From NCBI GenBank assembly GCA_010093705.1, contig MU006127.1, positions 1 to 48,642 of the forward strand: 48,642 bases of DNA. The letters are read 5' to 3'. Made by a program: the position numbers and the translations under genes. A model generated the notes under the pieces. That model made no database searches. It saw only the letters and a program-made list of their open reading frames with translations, and was not told the DNA's origin. Source of the stretch: Patellaria atrata CBS 101060 (Eukaryota). Shown here in pieces: positions 45,889-48,642 of this stretch (within the stretch, counting starts at the first letter, position 1; every line of letters begins with the position of its first letter).

Positions 45889-48642
45889 ATAAAATATATT
45901 TTTAAAAATTAATAAAAAGCTTTTTTTATTAATATAAAAAATATATTAATATATTAAATTTTAAATATATTAGAAATATTTATATTTTAATAATAAAAAG
46001 TAAATTATATTAAATAATTAAAATATATATAATAAATTAAAAAATATATAAAATATATAAAATTTTATTTTTTAAATAATAATTTTTAAAATTTTAATTA
46101 AAATAACTTTTATAATTATTAAAAATAAATAATTTATATATTTTTATTATATATATTTTTATATATATATATATTAAAATATTTTAATTATTTAAGATTA
46201 AATATATTATTTATTTAATTATTATTAAAAATTAAAATTTTTTAATATAATATATTTATCTTTTTATATTATATAAAAATATAAATATAATTTTTATAAA
46301 TAATAAAGAGTAAAATTATATATTTTATAATATAAATATTTTAAATAATTATAATTTATTTTAAATTATTTAATTAAATAAAATTAAATTTTATATATTT
46401 TTATTATAATTATAAATTATAAAAATATATAAATAATAAATAAAAGAAAAAAAGAAATATTATTTAAAGAAATTATAAATAAAATAAATAATAAAGAATT
46501 ATATAATTTAAATAATAATTATTAATTATATTAATTATTATAAATAATTAATAATTAAAATAATTAAAGTATAAATAATTAAATTAATTATAAAAAATAA
46601 AAATATTTAAAAATAATTTTTCTTTTATATATTTATATTTTTTATAATTATTTTTACTATTAATTTTATTTATAAATTTAAATATTATAATTTTAAATTT
46701 AACTTTATTTATTATATTATTTTTATATAATATATTTTATCTTATTATAAATATTATTTAAAGTTAAAAAATTAATAAATTATATTATTAATTTAAAATA
46801 TCTTTATTATATATATTTTATTATTTTATTAAATCTATTTTTATAATTAATTATATTAAATAAGAAGTTAAATATATTTCTAAATTTATTTAATTTTATT
46901 TTAATAAATATAAACTTTTATTATAATATTATAATTATAATATAATAGAAAAGTATATAATAAATTTAAATATAATATTATTAGCTATAATTAATATAAA
47001 AATAGATAAAAAATATATTTAAATATTATATAAATATATTAATAAATTTAAAAATAAAAAAATAATTTAAAAATTTAAAAATTATTTTAAATAATTTATT
47101 ATATAATTACTTTTATTATAAAAATAAACTATAAAAGTTAAAAAATCTATATTATATAATAATAAATAAAATAAATTAAAAGAATTCTTAATTTAAATAA
47201 AAATTTATTATAAAAAAATAGAATTAATAGATAATAATAAATATATATTTAATATATTAATATATTTTAAAAAAGATATTTTAAAATAATTTAAATTTAT
47301 TATATAAAACTATTTTAAAAATAGTGAAAAATATTAAAAAGATAAAATAATAAAGATTTTTAAATTATTTTTAAAGTTTAAAAAAATATTTAAAAATATT
47401 TTTAAGAAAATTAATAAATAATAAATAATTAAAAGAAAGTTTTAAAAATTTAAATAAAAAGAATTAATTTTAAAATATATAATTATATTTTAATAAATAA
47501 TATTAATATTAAAATAATTTAATAAATTATTAATAATCGTTTTTTATTAAAATTTAAAGAAAGAAATAAAAAATAAATAAATTTATTATAAAAAATTAAT
47601 AATTATATAAAATATAATAACTTTAATAATTAAAATAAATAATAAATTATATAAATATAAATAAAAAAAAAATAAAAAAATATTATAATTAAATATAAAA
47701 AGAAAATAATAAAAGTTATAAATAAATAAAATTAAAAAGATTTAATAAATTTTAATTAACTATAATAGATAAAATAAAAGAAGTTAAAGAAATAATAATA
47801 TTTTATTTAAAAAGAAAAAGAATATTTTATAAATAAAATATATTTATAATATAAAAAAATAAAATATTTTAAAAGAAATTATTTATAAAAAATATAATTA
47901 TTCTTATAATATAATTAATATATATAATTTAAAATTATATATTTAATATTATTATTATTAGTTTTATCGTTAAAAAAGAAAAAGATTAAAAAAATATTAT
48001 TATTTTATTAAATAAAAATAAATAAACTATTAATATTATTTTTAATAATAGGAAATTAGTTAAAAAAGAAAATATTTCGATAATATTTAAATAATTAATA
48101 ATATTAAATATATAAAAATATATATATATATATAATATTAAAAATATTTAATATAAAATTAAGATTAAAAAAATAAAATATAAATATTTAATAAATTAAA
48201 TCTTATATACTAAATTATAAAATAATAATAATAATTTAAATAAAAGTTTTAAGATTAAAAATTAATTAAATCTAAATTTAATATTAATATAATTATTAAA
48301 GAATAATAATTAAACTTTATATTAAAAGTAAAAAATTATCTAATTTTTTAATAAATATAATATAAAAAAAGTAATTATTTATATTATAAATAATAAAAAA
48401 TTATAATAAAGTTTAAAAATTAAGATTTTATTTATATATATTTATTTAAAAGTAAATATTAAATAAAAGAATATAAAAACTATAAAAAGAAAATAAAAAA
48501 ATTTAAAAAAAAACTAAAAATTTAAATTATTAATAAATAATTATAAAAAATATAATAGTTTTAATTATATAAATAAATTTAAATATAAATAATATTATTA
48601 AATATTAATTTATATAGAATATATAATAATAATATAAAAAGA

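Larger units (their letters stand above)
44040..48642. mobile_element. Extremely AT-rich block, probable RIP-degraded transposable-element relic (runs off the window end)
   Basis: G+C falls to a few percent by eye and there are no ORFs. CpA and TpG are nearly absent (I could find only ttcaat at about 45012 and agtga at about 47324 in the core), and surviving C and G sit mostly in CpT/ApG, as expected after repeated RIP. The element family cannot be read. Confidence 0.75.

Noticed and set aside
47955..47990. F-I-V-K-K-E-K-D reading resembling a retrotransposon RT motif
   Set aside because: Too short and expected by chance in A/T-only sequence.
44040..48642. Mitochondrial insertion, CRISPR array or telomere
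   Set aside because: No mitochondrial gene, tRNA or rRNA remnants, no repeat-spacer periodicity and no TTAGGG arrays. The dinucleotide pattern fits RIP.

Overview
Intron-containing genomic DNA from a filamentous ascomycete (Pezizomycotina-type GT-AG introns of about 50 nt with CTAAC/CTGAC branch points). Bases 1-43,800 are gene-dense. In order they carry a large Msp1/spastin-type AAA ATPase, a secreted GH92 alpha-mannosidase, an uncharacterised membrane protein, the giant HECT E3 ligase TOM1, BLOC-1 subunit 1, a CBM1-GH5 beta-mannanase, a five-gene sugar-acid/inositol cluster, an SPX-domain Pho91/Pho87-type phosphate transporter and a coiled-coil hypothetical protein. From about 44,000 to the end the sequence is almost pure A/T, looks like RIP-destroyed repeat DNA and contains a ~700-bp tandem duplication. 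The most interesting element is the cluster at 30,094-37,952: myo-inositol oxygenase, a GAR1-like hexuronate reductase, a KduD/IdnO-like SDR, a Zn-dependent polyol/aldonate dehydrogenase and a Gfo/Idh/MocA oxidoreductase. It reads as a myo-inositol -> D-glucuronate -> L-gulonate -> C5 redox pathway. The two outer, inositol-related genes are pseudogenes; the three inner genes are intact. Exon boundaries were derived by eye, and family calls come from recognising motifs, not from database searches.
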